A stretch of DNA of 64,000 bases from Octopus vulgaris (Eukaryota). The stretch lies in NCBI GenBank assembly GCA_951406725.2, contig OX597814.1, positions 200,074,001 to 200,138,000 of the forward strand, read 5' to 3'. The position numbers and the translations under genes are program-made. Below the pieces are notes generated by a model, which had not been told where the DNA came from, searched no databases, and saw only the letters and a list, made by a program, of their open reading frames with translations. Below are positions 24,331-37,052 of this stretch, in pieces (the first letter of the stretch is position 1; every line of letters begins with the position of its first letter).

Positions 24331-25717
24331 TACATATATATATATTACATATATAAGTATACACACATATATAAATATATACATACACACACACATACAC
24401 ACATATATATTACATAAAGAAATATACATACATATATATTACATATATAAATATACACACAGATATATATATATGTATGTATATATATATTGCATATATA
24501 AATATATACATACATATTTGTCCAACCCATGCTAGCATGGAAAGCGGACGCTAAATGATGATGATGATATGTACATATATAAAGTAAAACAGTACATTTT
24601 ACAAACATTTTCTATAGAGGCTTTTTGTCATTTCCCTGTCTGTGAAGCAATTACATTTCATTCATAATTTTTTTCCTTTTACATCATTATGCAACTGAAT
24701 TAATAAAACTTCATTCCATTGGCTCATCTGAATTATTTCCCTTGGCTTGCTTTTTGGTATTATGCAAATTAAACTAGCTATAAACTAACCATTGTTATTC
24801 ACTTTCTACTAGTAAAAGTCTCCGTCTATTGATCAAAGCAGGCTTGAAAAGACTATGCTTCACTGGTGAAGGGGAATGATACCAAAACATGTCTGTAATT
24901 GTTATCTTGTCAGCTAACATTTTTTTAAAGTTAGATTATATCTAAAATCATTAAAATTCAATTTGCAGTAAGCTTTAATTTCTTCAATTATCTCCTTCTT
25001 TCTTTAAGTGTCACTAACAATTACCTCCTCTATGCAGAGTTCTGTTTTCTTAGGTACATAAAGAAGTGAATTTCAATTCATTTAAAATTTGTTAGGCTAT
25101 TTGGTGATTCATCAAATGCCTGAATTATTTAATTTAATTATATAAGAGTGATAGTTCCAGCCTACAGTATCCCATACTCAATGTTTCATGCATCCGTACT
25201 TGGTCAATCTTCAGATAATCTAGCAAGTAGAATAGATACCAATCACCACTAATTTATGCCAGCACCATTACAAGCTTTGTTGACTTCCAGTTAGTCTAGC
25301 ATATAGTAAGTTGATCTATGAACTTGCACTGGTCTAGATGTTTATATTAAGTCTGGTTTGATAGCTTTGTTGAAGTTGCACTTGTTCTTATGTCAACACT
25401 AAGAAATTCGCTCTGATCTTCATTTTCAAGTATGTTTCCACAGGGTGATTGAAGTATTTTTCAACATTGTAGAGACTACTGTAACTTTTACGAGGGTTTG
25501 TACTTGCTGCTGAATGTAATATAGACCAGGCGATATATATCATCACGCTGCATATTACTGATAATTACTGATCAGTATATTACCATCAAGTCTGCTAGTT
25601 AATAATGTTATAAGAGATTGATGAATGTCAGAACATAATCAAACACAATGGAGTCTATACACTGTTTCTTTACTACTTCTTCAGTTCACTCACTTTTACA
25701 CTTAGAATTGCAAGTAC

Positions 25718-26124
25718 TCTCTTTCTTTTACTCTCTTTTACTTGTTTCAGTCATTTGACTGCGGCCATGCTGGAGCACCACCTTTAATCGAGCAAATCGA
25801 CCCCGGGACTTATTCTTTGTAAGCCCAGTACTTATTCTATCGGTCTCTTTTGCCGAACCGCTAAGTAACGGGGACATAAACACACCAGCATCGGTTGTCA
25901 AGCAATGCTAGGGGGACAAACACAGACACACACACGCATACATATATTTATACATATATACAACGGGCTTCTTTCAGTTTCCGTCTACCAAATCCACTCA
26001 CAAGGCTTTGGTCAGCCCGAGGCTATAGTAGAAGACACTTGCCCAAGGTGCCATGCATTGGGACTGAACCCGGAACCATGTGGTTGGTAAACAAGCTACT
26101 TACCACACAGCCACCCCTGCGCCT
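25718..26124 (-). mobile_element. SINE family A, full length
   Basis: Close match to the reverse complement of 39064-39470. Confidence 0.9.
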
Positions 26125-26192
26125 GCAGGAAAGTACTGAGCTTTCTTTTTTTTACTTTTTTTTTTATTGTGTTCTGTTGAAGCAGTGAAATA

Positions 26193-26332
26193 TTAAATTG
26201 GTGCATAATTATTGCAGCTTTTTTCAATAAATTTTATTCGACAAAAACAATAACAGCATTTAACAAAAACACCTTATTTTTGTTGAAAAAAGTGTCTTGA
26301 AAAGAAGCCGCAATAATTATGCACCAACCTAA
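26193..26332. mobile_element. mariner-derived MITE with Hsmar1/MADE1-like TIR
   Basis: TA|ttaaattggtgcataattattgcagc...gccgcaataattatgcaccaacctaa|TA; 140 bp. Confidence 0.85.
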
Positions 26333-28138
26333 TAGTTATTTATTTGAGGTAATTTATCTCACTGGGATGATTAATCTATGGCTTCGTTTATGTAATCCTA
26401 ACTTAAAAACCAATGAATTGGTAAAATCCCTTATCAAGCATTGCACAAGTTTCAGACATCTTGGATTCATGGCAATTGAACATATCTGTGTGTGTATATA
26501 TATTCTCTAGTTTAAGTTGAATCTATGTATTAAGTCTTTTCATCAGCAAATGTTCTGTCGTTATTATTAAACTTTTTTGTAGAACAGTAATCTTAATTAA
26601 ATACACATACATACACACATATATATATACACATAAGTGTCTATGTATGTATATATATGTTGTCTGGTCTGGTGTGATGTGGTGAGTGAGTGTGTGTATG
26701 TTTGTTGCAACATAAAATGCACCCAATACACTGTGTAAAGTGGTTGCCATTAGGAAAAGCATCCAGCTGTAGAAACCATGCCAATACAGACTAACTGGAG
26801 CCTGGTGCAGCCCTCCAGCTTGCCACTCCAGTTGAATCATATAACCCATGCCATCATGGTAAGCGGATGTTATATGATGATGATTATGATAAATAATTTT
26901 GTTGAAAGGAATTCACAGATTCTAAATTTTTCAAATATAATTTGTAATCATGTTATATGATTAAAGAAAAAATACCCTCAAGCCAGCTAACTAAATTGAT
27001 GACGGCTGCTTGATGTTACACATCTCTATTGTAACAATAAAAAATATCAATAGAAATTGGGTTAAATCAGTAATTAATGTTTTCATTATGAATATATTTT
27101 GAAAGACATTTACTACACAAAGCTAATAATTGTAGGTAGAATATAATCTCTCTTAATATTCACATAAATTCTAAACAGATTATTTTTGATTTTTTTTTTT
27201 GATTTTTTTTTATACATAATATTCTCTGTAACAAACTTTGTATCTGTGGAGAGTTCAAACTCATTTGGCTTTGCAAAGTAGACTGAAGTGTAAACTAAAT
27301 CTCACATGTTAGAGACAATAATTATTAAAAACCTTATTCATAATGTAGCCTAAAATATGGGCGTGTGTATGTATATGTGCATATATATTCATATATATCA
27401 ATCAAAGTGTGCAGTATTGTATATCCATTACAGCTGATCTTACCAATTGTTTTGCACTAGGGGTTCAATGGAGTGTTTAGTAATAGTCCGATTATGAAAC
27501 CTTGTGCTCTTCAGAAGTAGCCCTTATGGAATGAAATATGGCATGTACACTTACACACAAACAACAAGTAACTTAAGAGCTTTTAACACTTTAGCATTTA
27601 AACTGGCCATAACCAGCCCAAATATTCTACTGTTTTATGTTGAAACTAGCCAGATTTGACCTCTTACACCTACCCTACAATGTAATTCTTAAAATAAATA
27701 ACCACACCATCGAAATCCCAAAGCAATGAAAAAGTGCATGATCAATTCAAAACATCGATGCATAACCATTACATTTGGCAGATTAATCTGAATGTGAAAC
27801 AGTTAAAGTGAGAATGGAAATAGATCTTCAGAAGACCAATTCTTGATAAAAAGCTTACACTGTTTCAGCAGTGAAACTTTTCAATATTCTTCATATCACT
27901 AGAATCAATTCAGATGAACACATGAAGAAACAACTTCCATTTTACTTAGCATGTATAGACAAAGTGAAGAGGAAATAAGGCACATGTTTTAGTATAAGAA
28001 TTCAAGAGATTCTATTTTATTGGTTGAGATAATGGCAGATTCCCTGAGGTATGCTGAATGGAATTGGTGTTAATCGTAACGGTAGTTGAGCTACAAATTA
28101 AAACACATGCAAGTAATACATATATATTTTACAGAATA

Positions 28139-28526
28139 TAATAAATCTCTGAACGAGGTATAGACAGTAACTGCATGGCAATGTGAAGTATATTTGCCAT
28201 CTCAATATGGCTAACCACTAAGAATGGATGTTACTGTAGCTTGTAGCCCCAGGTGAACATCTTCTCCAGCTGGCTATTGACACACTTTCTGTGCCCTAAA
28301 ATTGGTGATTGTTGTGCGCTGATGAGGGGGTCAATACCCAAAAACTGCAGTCCGTACGTATTACTTAGGTTGACGAGGGAAGGATGACTTCCCTTTGCAA
28401 ATACCGACAGGGCACAGTAAGTGTGTCAATAGCCAGCTGGAGAAGATGTTCTCCTGGGGCTACAAGCTACAGTAACATCCATTCTTAGTGGTTAGCCATA
28501 TTGAGATGGCAAATATACTTCACATT
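28139..28526. mobile_element. Non-coding PLE-type insertion with 118-bp inverted arms
   Basis: Arms at 28180-28297 and 28409-28526 with 2 mismatches. The direct repeat attttacagaata lies at 28126-28138 and 28524-28536. A hammerhead motif sits in the spacer. Confidence 0.75.
28313..28358 (+). ncRNA. Minimal type I hammerhead ribozyme (GAAA box mutated)
   Basis: tgtgcg-CTGATGA-ggggg-tcaata-ccc-aaaaa-c-tgca-GTC-cgtacg. It has a 6-bp stem I, a G/C stem II, a palindromic CTGCAG stem III and a GUC site. The expected CGAAA reads AAAAA. Confidence 0.7.
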
Positions 28527-28772
28527 TTACAGAATACTTTACAACTTAAAATATTTTTTTTGTGACAAAATTGAGCCTGGCAGCTAAATTAAACATTGCT
28601 GTCAGCTGTATGTTTGGTACTCTTGTTCTGTATGATCTGATATATCTATATTATCTTTTAAATTATAATGTGAGTTGTTTAATGGCACCGACAGAATCTT
28701 CATTCAAGCACACCAAAACAGAATAAAGACATACATTGTTCTATCAAGGAAATTTCTTTACTTTCTTTATAG

Positions 28773-28838
28773 TGGCAAATTCACCTGATAAAACTAAGGA
28801 TGACTCCTCTATTGGATCTAAAAATGGTCAAGTGTCAC
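28773..28838 (+). CDS. Candidate 66-nt internal exon (phase 1-1) of an unidentified host gene
   Basis: Pyrimidine tract tttctttactttctttatAG acceptor and GTAAGT donor. Open frame xANSPDKTKDDSSIGSKNGQVS in unique sequence. Confidence 0.55.
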
Positions 28839-30446
28839 GTAAGTCATACTCCAATTCAATATGTGTTTGATCCTCATTTGGCCATTTCTGAAATAAGGTC
28901 ACTTAGAAGAGAAACTGTGTAGTGGTATTTGTTTTGCTTTTTGTCGTGGTATATCTATGTTGTCATTTAGTTTAACCAAAAAAAAAAAAAAAAAAAGTAT
29001 CCCTTTTTAAGTACTCTTCCCCGCATATGAACACCTTGTAGTTATTGCTTCTTAGATGCTAGGCTTTAAACATATTGTTTGGTTTTTGTTTGTGAATAGT
29101 TTCCAATGTTGATATTATATCCCCAAAATAAATATTTGTATTTTTGCCTTTAAAATAAATGTAAGCTTGAAACATTTCTTTTTATTCTTAGAAATTACTT
29201 TTTTTCCTTAATTATGCTGATTAATCACTTTCATTTGCAATTCAATATCAAACGTAATTTTATAAGATATTATCATTAATCTTGAAATATCCAGACCCCT
29301 ACTATTAAATGACTTCATTTAGCCATATTAATTTTTCTAATAAACTATTAGCCATTTGATAATGATAACCAGTGACTTGCATAAAGAACATACAGAAACA
29401 TTGCAACGAATTAATATTATTACAAACTTGGGAGCTCATATTTTGTGTCACTTATTAAATTTATGAAGCAGTTAACAATAGTTCAATAACTGTGATTTAT
29501 ATGTATAAACCAACAATATAAAGTTATATTTTTTTTTTTATCGCTTTTCATTAATATTTTTCTATAAATTATAAAGCAACAAACTTCATTACATTAGATG
29601 TATTTATTGCACAAGGGATACTTTCATATAATAATAAACTTGCTTTAATGTTTAAAAAGAATGTAAATTTATTTTTACCCTGCAATTTTATTTTACTATC
29701 AGCAAGGAGAAATAAAACTTAAACTGAGAACATAAATCATAAGAAGCTACATGTGGTTTCTTTAAAAATGACCAGTATGAATTAAGCAAAAAATGTTTAC
29801 TTTCAATGTCCTTGTAATGGAAGAAAATTTTCAGTTTCTAAATTCAATCCCATCGTATGAAGCAGTTTACAAAAAAAAAAATTTGAATGCTTCCAGACTT
29901 ACTATGTTCAGAGTTTATGATGGGAGGGTTTATGACAGAACAATTATATTAATATATCAACAAAGCTCTTTATATTAATATCATGTTTCTATTCGTTATC
30001 ACATTGTTTTAAAAATTTCAAAGACATATTAACCATTTAGCCCTATTTTGTCACTAAAAACGAATGTCATAAGGCAATTTTTCTAATTTTTTGCTCCTAA
30101 GTTAATATTGATGTTATCATTTTTTAATTTCACTTTTTAGTCTCTCTTAGTTATGTTTTGTTGTCTTATAACCATTGCAATTGTAATTGATAAATACTGT
30201 GTACTAAATTATATTTATATTCATCATTTACATTAATAAGCTCAAACATCTACCTGGATTACCTGAATAAGCAGGAGACCATCAAACCTCAAATCATTCT
30301 TTTCAACACCAACTAAATATCATAGAATCAGTTTTATCTTGTAACCTATCCATCAGGATAATAAAAGTCAACTCACATAATCATATAAAAGCTCATGGCA
30401 TTATATGACATAAATGCATGAGTTTTAATATTTAGTGAAGAGTAAA

Positions 30447-31023
30447 GAAGTGAGCTGGCAGAAACGTTAGCACGCTGGGTGAAATGCTTAGCAGTATTTC
30501 GTTTCTCTTTACATTCTGAGTTCAAATACCGTCGAGGTCAATTTTGCCTTTCATCCTTTCGGGGTCGGTAAATTAAGTACCAGTTGCATACTGGAGTCGA
30601 TCTAATTGACTGGCCCCATCTCTCCAAAATTTCAGGTCTTGTGCCTAGAGAAGGAAAGAATGTATCTAAAATTCAAGACAGAAAGCTGGCAGAAACAGGA
30701 GCACACTGGGTGAAATGCTTAGCAGTATTTCATCCGTTTTTATGTTCTGAGTTCAAATTCTGTCACGGTCGACTTTGCCTTTCATTCTTTTGGGGTCGAT
30801 AAATTAAGTACCAGTTGAATTTGAATTCAGAACCTAAAGAGAAACGAAATACTGCTAAGCATTTCACCCAGCATGCTAACGTTTCTGCCAGCTCACTTCT
30901 TTACTCTTCACTAAATAGTAAAACTAATTGACTGGCCCCATCTCTCCAAAATTTCAGGTCTTGTGCCTAATCGACTGCCCGTCCCCCCAAAAAATTTCGG
31001 GCCTTGTACCTAGAGTGGAAAAG
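30447..31023 (+). mobile_element. SINE family B dimer with internal inversion/duplication
   Basis: Two heads (about 30450 and 30685). 20-bp TSD aatatttagtgaagagtaaa at 30427-30446 and 31024-31043. Confidence 0.8.
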
Positions 31024-32628
31024 AATATTTAGTGAAGAGTAAAATGAATCCTGTATTCTTGTTTGTGTTAAGATGCATGCATTGGTGGGACAAACAACAT
31101 CAATTCAATGTTAAACAGCAAGTTTTTATAACAGTGTTCATACAAAAGTGGATGTGAATAAATAAAAGTTGTACAAACGTGACAACATCTTATGTGATTG
31201 ACGCTGAAACAGAAGAGAGTAAGAAATGCGCCTGCTACATAATGTGGTAGCAGTAATTACCAAAGGTGAAGTGAGCTAGCAGTCCTCGCTGGCTGTGTCA
31301 GTTGACAAGTCAAACTACCCATGAGTGAGAGTGGCGAAAAAAGAGAAAGGTTGTTGTCCCTCTAGAATTTTAAACCTTCCTTGTGGAAGTGCCATTGCAG
31401 TGCAACCTCCCAATGACAGAATGAGGGAGTATAACTCTGCCCTATTCCTTTTAGCCCTTATGGCCCCAATATATATATTAACACATCATCAAATGGTTAG
31501 TCACTCTTACCTTGCTTAAAATATACAAAGAAATAATTTCCTTTATGTGCTAAAGTCCTGACATAAAATATTAGCTTTTGTAATACCCCACATTCGTTGG
31601 TATCATCTTAACAACCCCAGAATGTTGCATACGTCTATAGTTAAACCATCTCTTCTCTATTTTCAAAATTTATTCATGTGGTTGTGTGGTAAGAAATATA
31701 CATCCAGACCTCACGTTTTCATGTTCAGTCCCATTGTGTGACATTTTGAGCACCTTGTACAATAGCCCCAGGTCAACCAAAGTCTTGCAAGTGGATTCAG
31801 TGGATAGAAACTGAAAGAAGCCGATTGTGTGTTTCTTCCCCACCAATGCTTGACAACTAACATCAGTTTGTCAGCATCCCATTAACTTAGTAGTTTGGCA
31901 AATAAGACTGACAATAAATATGAGGCTTAAAAAATAAGTAATGGGGTCAATTCATTTGATCAAAAACCCTTCAAGGAAATGCCCCAGTATGGCCACAGTC
32001 CAATGACTAAAAGAAAAAAGAAACTCCTTTGTAAGTTACTGATTGAAATCTAATAAGATAATTAATTTTTTGATATATTTTCATAATTAATATCATCGTT
32101 AGAGGTAAAAAAAAATGTTTAATATTCACAGCTACATTTTCTAACGATAAAATTAATAATCTGAAATATAATAATCTTATTAACTGCCACTTATCTCAGA
32201 CATTTAGATGCTTCCAATCTACTTCCAGAAATTATTATCAACTTTATTCAGAACCATCCAGTAATAGTCATGGGAAATTATCGAAAGGCATTTTGGTCTG
32301 AAGATATAGAAGGCACTGACATTAGCTATCAGAAAAGTTCAGACTTCAAAAGGAAGCTTAAAACAGTCTTTCTTCTTGGATCTGAGAAATATTTTTTATA
32401 GCTAAATAAATAAATATTGTTAATATCTTGTACAGCAGTATAAGCAAAACTGTTTCCTATATGGAGCATTTACCAAAGCCTTATGGAATGAACTGGTCAA
32501 AACATTTTGTGTGGGAGTAATGAGGAAAATATTTCACAATTGTAACTTCAGTCCTAACATCTAAAAGAGTTCAAATACAAGAATGGTTAAATAGGCATTT
32601 CAACTTTGCAAACATCTCGGATAGAGAC

Positions 32629-33109
32629 AGGCGTGGCTGTGTGGTAAGAAGTTTGCTTCTCAACCACATGGTTCCGGGTTCAGTCACAATGGACGGCACC
32701 TTGGGAAAACTGTTTTCTATAGTCTTGGGCCAACCAAAACTTTGTGAGTGTATATTGTAGATCGAAATTAAAAGATGCCCATCATGTATCATCATCATCA
32801 TTATGGAACGTCTGTTTTCCATACTGGTATAGGTGGAAAGGTTTGATTGAGGTCTGGAGAGTCAGGCAGCTGTACCAGGCTCCAATCTAATCTGGCAATG
32901 TTTCTAAGGCTAGATGCCCTTCCTCATGCCAACCACTCCAAGAGTGTAGTGGGTGTATTTTACATGCTACTGGCACAGAAGCCAGTCAGGCGGGTCCGGC
33001 ATCAATCACGTTTGGATAGTGCTTTTTATGTGCCACTGGCACAGGAGCTAGTCAGGAGGTAAGGCATCAGCCACATTCAGATGGTGCTTTTTATGTGCCA
33101 CCAGCATGG

Positions 33110-33140
<31 letters not shown>

Positions 33141-33350
33141 CTTACTTATTAAAACTGAAAATATTTGTGTGTGTGTATATATATATCGGTATGCCCTCAT
33201 TTTGCGCCAAGAGGTTCAGCAAATGACACTAATAGAATAAGTACCAGGCTTTAAAAAACAAAAGCATTGGGTTTAATCCATTTGATTTAGTTTCTTCAAT
33301 GTGGTGCTCCAGCATGACCAGTCTAGTGAGGGTAACAAGTAAAAGATAAT
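32629..33350 (+). mobile_element. SINE family A interrupted by an antisense RTE 3' UTR (about 32788-33112)
   Basis: SINE head, then a (CAT)n-initiated minus-strand RTE tail, then (TA)n, then the SINE 3' half. Confidence 0.75.
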
Positions 33351-33852
33351 AAATACATTTCTTTCACACCTTCATCATCATCATCATCATCCCTATTAAT
33401 ATTATTGTCATTACTCACGACGACGACGATGATGATGATTTCCTTTTAACAACACTTGAAATTCATTATTTGAAGTCAAATTGCAAAGAACCGATCAGCA
33501 GAGAAAGATTGCAATTTCTGTTATTCTACGAGTAATCATTATTTCCAAGCAGCTGAGATAACAATTTCTTTCAAAAATAACAACCATATTTACAAAAATA
33601 TTAAGATCATATAAGAAAAAAAAAAAAAGGAGCCAAATAGAAGATTATAAGATTTTTATGCACATCATAATTCTTTAATATCATTCTGTTTGTCATATTG
33701 TTTGTGTTTGAGTATCACAGACCAAACAGCTTTGACTACAGAATGTAAATAAAGGCAGAATCAAAATCTTCAACATAAGTACAGACATAGCTGTGTGGTT
33801 AAGAAGCTTACAAGGAAACCATGCACTTTGCATGGTACTTTGTGGAAAGCTG

Positions 33853-33885
<33 letters not shown>

Positions 33886-34079
33886 AGCTTGACCGCTATA
33901 TCCATGAGTTTTATTATTCTCTAATTTTTTTTTTTATTTTCTCTTATTCCTTTCTGTTGAAGAGTGTATGCTCAAAATGTAAAAGACTTCCTCACTTTCC
34001 TGAGTGTTAAACTAATATATCCGCTTGTTGTTCATACATGTGTCTTATTCTTTTTGTTTTTCTGTAAATTCCAATTATA

Positions 34080-34435
34080 TAGGTGCAGGAGTGCTTACCA
34101 ACCACATGGTTCTGGGTTCAGTCCCACTGCATGGCACCTTGGGCAAGTGTCTTCTACTATAGCCTCGGGCCGACCAAAGCCTTGAGTGGATTTGGTAGAT
34201 GGAAACTGAAAGAAGCCTGTCATATATATGTATATGTGTGTCTGTGTTTGTCCCCCACAACATCGCTTGACAACCAATGGTGGTGTGTTTACATCCCCGT
34301 AACTTAGTGTTTCAACACAAGAGACCAATAGAATGAGTACTAGGCTTACAAAGAATAAGTCCTGGGGTCGATTTCCTCAACTAAAGGTGGTGCTCCAGCA
34401 TGGCCCGCAGTCAAATGACTGAAACATGTAAAAGT
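34080..34435 (+). mobile_element. SINE family A
   Basis: Family match, with a small deletion in the head. Confidence 0.88.
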
Positions 34436-34708
34436 GTATATATATGTATTTGTCACTACCACCACTTTTCAATCAATGTTGGCTGGTTTACTTTCCTGTA
34501 ACCAAGCAGTTCAGTAAATGAGACTGATAGAATAACTACTAGATTTTAAAAATAAGAACTGGAGCCAATAGGTTTAGCTAAGCCGAGCCAACGAGGCTGC
34601 AGACGAATGAATGAAACAAGTAAAAGATAAAGGAACAAGTTTGAGTGTTTGCTTCAATCCATGTGCAATATGGAATGAAATTCAGAACATAATTGAAATC
34701 TGTGACAT

Positions 34709-35114
34709 ACTCTCTTTTACTTGTTTCAGTCATTTGACTGTGGCCATGCCGGAGCACCGCCTTTAGTCGAGCAAATCGACCCCAGGACTTATTCTTTAAA
34801 AGCCTAATACTTATTCTATCGGTCTCTTTTGCTGAACCACTAAGTTACGGGGACGTAAACACACCAGCATCGGTTGTCAAGCAAAGTTGGGGGGGACAAA
34901 CACTGGCACATAAATATACACACACACATATATATATATATACATAGATGTGACAGGCTTCTTTCAGTTTCCGTCTACTAAATCCACTCACAAGGCTTGG
35001 GTCGGCCCAAGACTATAGTAGAAGACACTTGCCCAAGGTGTCACACAGTGGGACTGAACCTAGAACCATGTGGTTCAAAAGCAAGTTACTTACCACACAT
35101 CCACTCCTATGCCT
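34709..35114 (-). mobile_element. SINE family A
   Basis: Full-length family match. Confidence 0.9.
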
Positions 35115-35615
35115 CCGACATGATGAAACAATGTTATAAACTTATATAAATTCATCTTTCAAAAAAGAAATAAGAAAATTTATAAACTAAGGAATTTCCA
35201 CAGGTCCTGTTTCTATATATATAGGTTGAAAGAATTTCTCTTAAAGTCATCAGAGCAGAATCTCAAAATACAACAAACAATGCTGAGAGATTTAAAAAAA
35301 CTTCATATTGAAATAGCTTACAAGAAACAATTCTTCACTGAAGGAAACAACACATATCTGTGTTTTCTAGAGCTGTTGTTCATGCCGTTTAGGTCCGGGT
35401 CAATCGTGATAGAGCAGGTTTATAGCATTCCAACCAAGATCATTCTTTTATTTATTTATTTTATTTTTAACATAGAGTATTGAAAATTATTTTATCCAAA
35501 GTATCCTTTCTCTAATAAGGTAGGGTGAGATTTGAAGAAGATTCGGTTACTATTTCTAGCAGGTCTAGCAAACATTTAGCAGCACTCTTATTGGCTGGAG
35601 CACTGTATAATATAA

Positions 35616-35980
35616 GTAGCAGTATCACCCGGCATTGCTCAGGTTTGTTTCAACCCTTTAGAACTGGAATTTTAAAAAGTAAAAATTTTGCATTATGTAG
35701 CTTCTTATTCTCTTTAATTGAACATTTTTCTGGTTGAAATAGACCGAAACTTGGCAACACAGCAGTCAAAAAATCGTAGAAAATAGCACCTTTTTGATGT
35801 AAATAATTTTTGGTGTTAACATGGTCCGATTTGAATTTTTTCTTCACTGGAATAAAGAGCAAGCCTTCTTCTATTATACTCTCAATTTTGGTCAACTTGC
35901 ACCGCAGGGTCTCGGAGGAGATAGTGTAAGATGAAGGCTACCAAACCTGCCATACACAGACAACTTTAGTTTTATATAGA
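35616..35980 (-). mobile_element. Non-autonomous Helitron, different internal sequence
   Basis: Minus strand A|TCtatataaaactaaagttgt...cctgagcaatgccgggtgatactgCTAC|T; termini shared with 3197-3578 and 62790-63182. Confidence 0.7.
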
Positions 35981-35988
35981 TATATATA

Positions 35989-36225
35989 TAATGAAATTAT
36001 TGTATACAGTGCTCAGGTGCACCACAACTTGTCAAAAGTACGTATAAAGTATATGCAGTAATGTAGAAATATCTGGAATGGGAACAGTGTATGAATCAGA
36101 TACATGCTTGCGTGTGTATGGAGGGGAGAAAATCAGGTGTAGTGTTGGCGAATCTCAGGAAGCATGGAAGTTTTGAAGGATGCAGTGTTCTGACAACTAA
36201 GAACTGATGCTGGCAGTTTGTTCCG
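35989..36225 (-). mobile_element. CR1-type LINE 3' end
   Basis: Close match to 10905-11142. Confidence 0.8.
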
Positions 36226-37052
36226 TATAAAAAAACTAGAAGTGAATAGGTTAGAAACTATGTTTTTATTTAAAACTTCATGTTTTCATGAATAAGAAAG
36301 CGAAAACAAATTGGAGTTCCAGAACAAGAGAGCAATTGATCTAAGGATTTACAGTATGATGTAACGTGGATAATATCTTCATCAGAAAATATTTGTCTAA
36401 TACAAGCAAGATCATATGCAGTTATCCATGCTGGCAAGGATTAAGCAAATCTGTCTTACCTGTCATGATCTTTTGTCATATTTTAGTGATTTTTATAGAT
36501 CATAAAACAGCATTGCTCCTAATTTAAACTGAGTTATATAATTATTTGTTGCATTACAGAAAATTAGAATCATTTGATCAGTTGAAAAAATATGCCTGAA
36601 ATGCTAGAATCTGAAAGAAGATGCTCTGAAAATTAAAATTTCTATAACTCCAATATGAAGAGAATATGGAATGCTATTTATATAACTTCTAGGAACAGAT
36701 GCTGGCTAAATGGAATACATTATCATTAACATGCAGCTTCATGTCTCAAGACTATGTTTACTAATAATGACCTTACATTTTTTGCAAGAAATATTATTAT
36801 CCAGACACCAGATAGAAAATCATATCAAAATAATATAAGTTACAGAATAATCTTTAGTTTGTAATTGATATTATATGACATCTGCTTTGCTAAATAAATA
36901 ATGATATAAATGAAAATTTGGTGCCATAATAAATTATGTAGCTTAGACAATTATGAGAAGAAATTGCATCTGATACCTCTTGCATCTAATTGAGCCATTT
37001 TTACTACTTTGCATCTAATAAAGTCAGTTATTCTATCATTAATTGGTTGACA

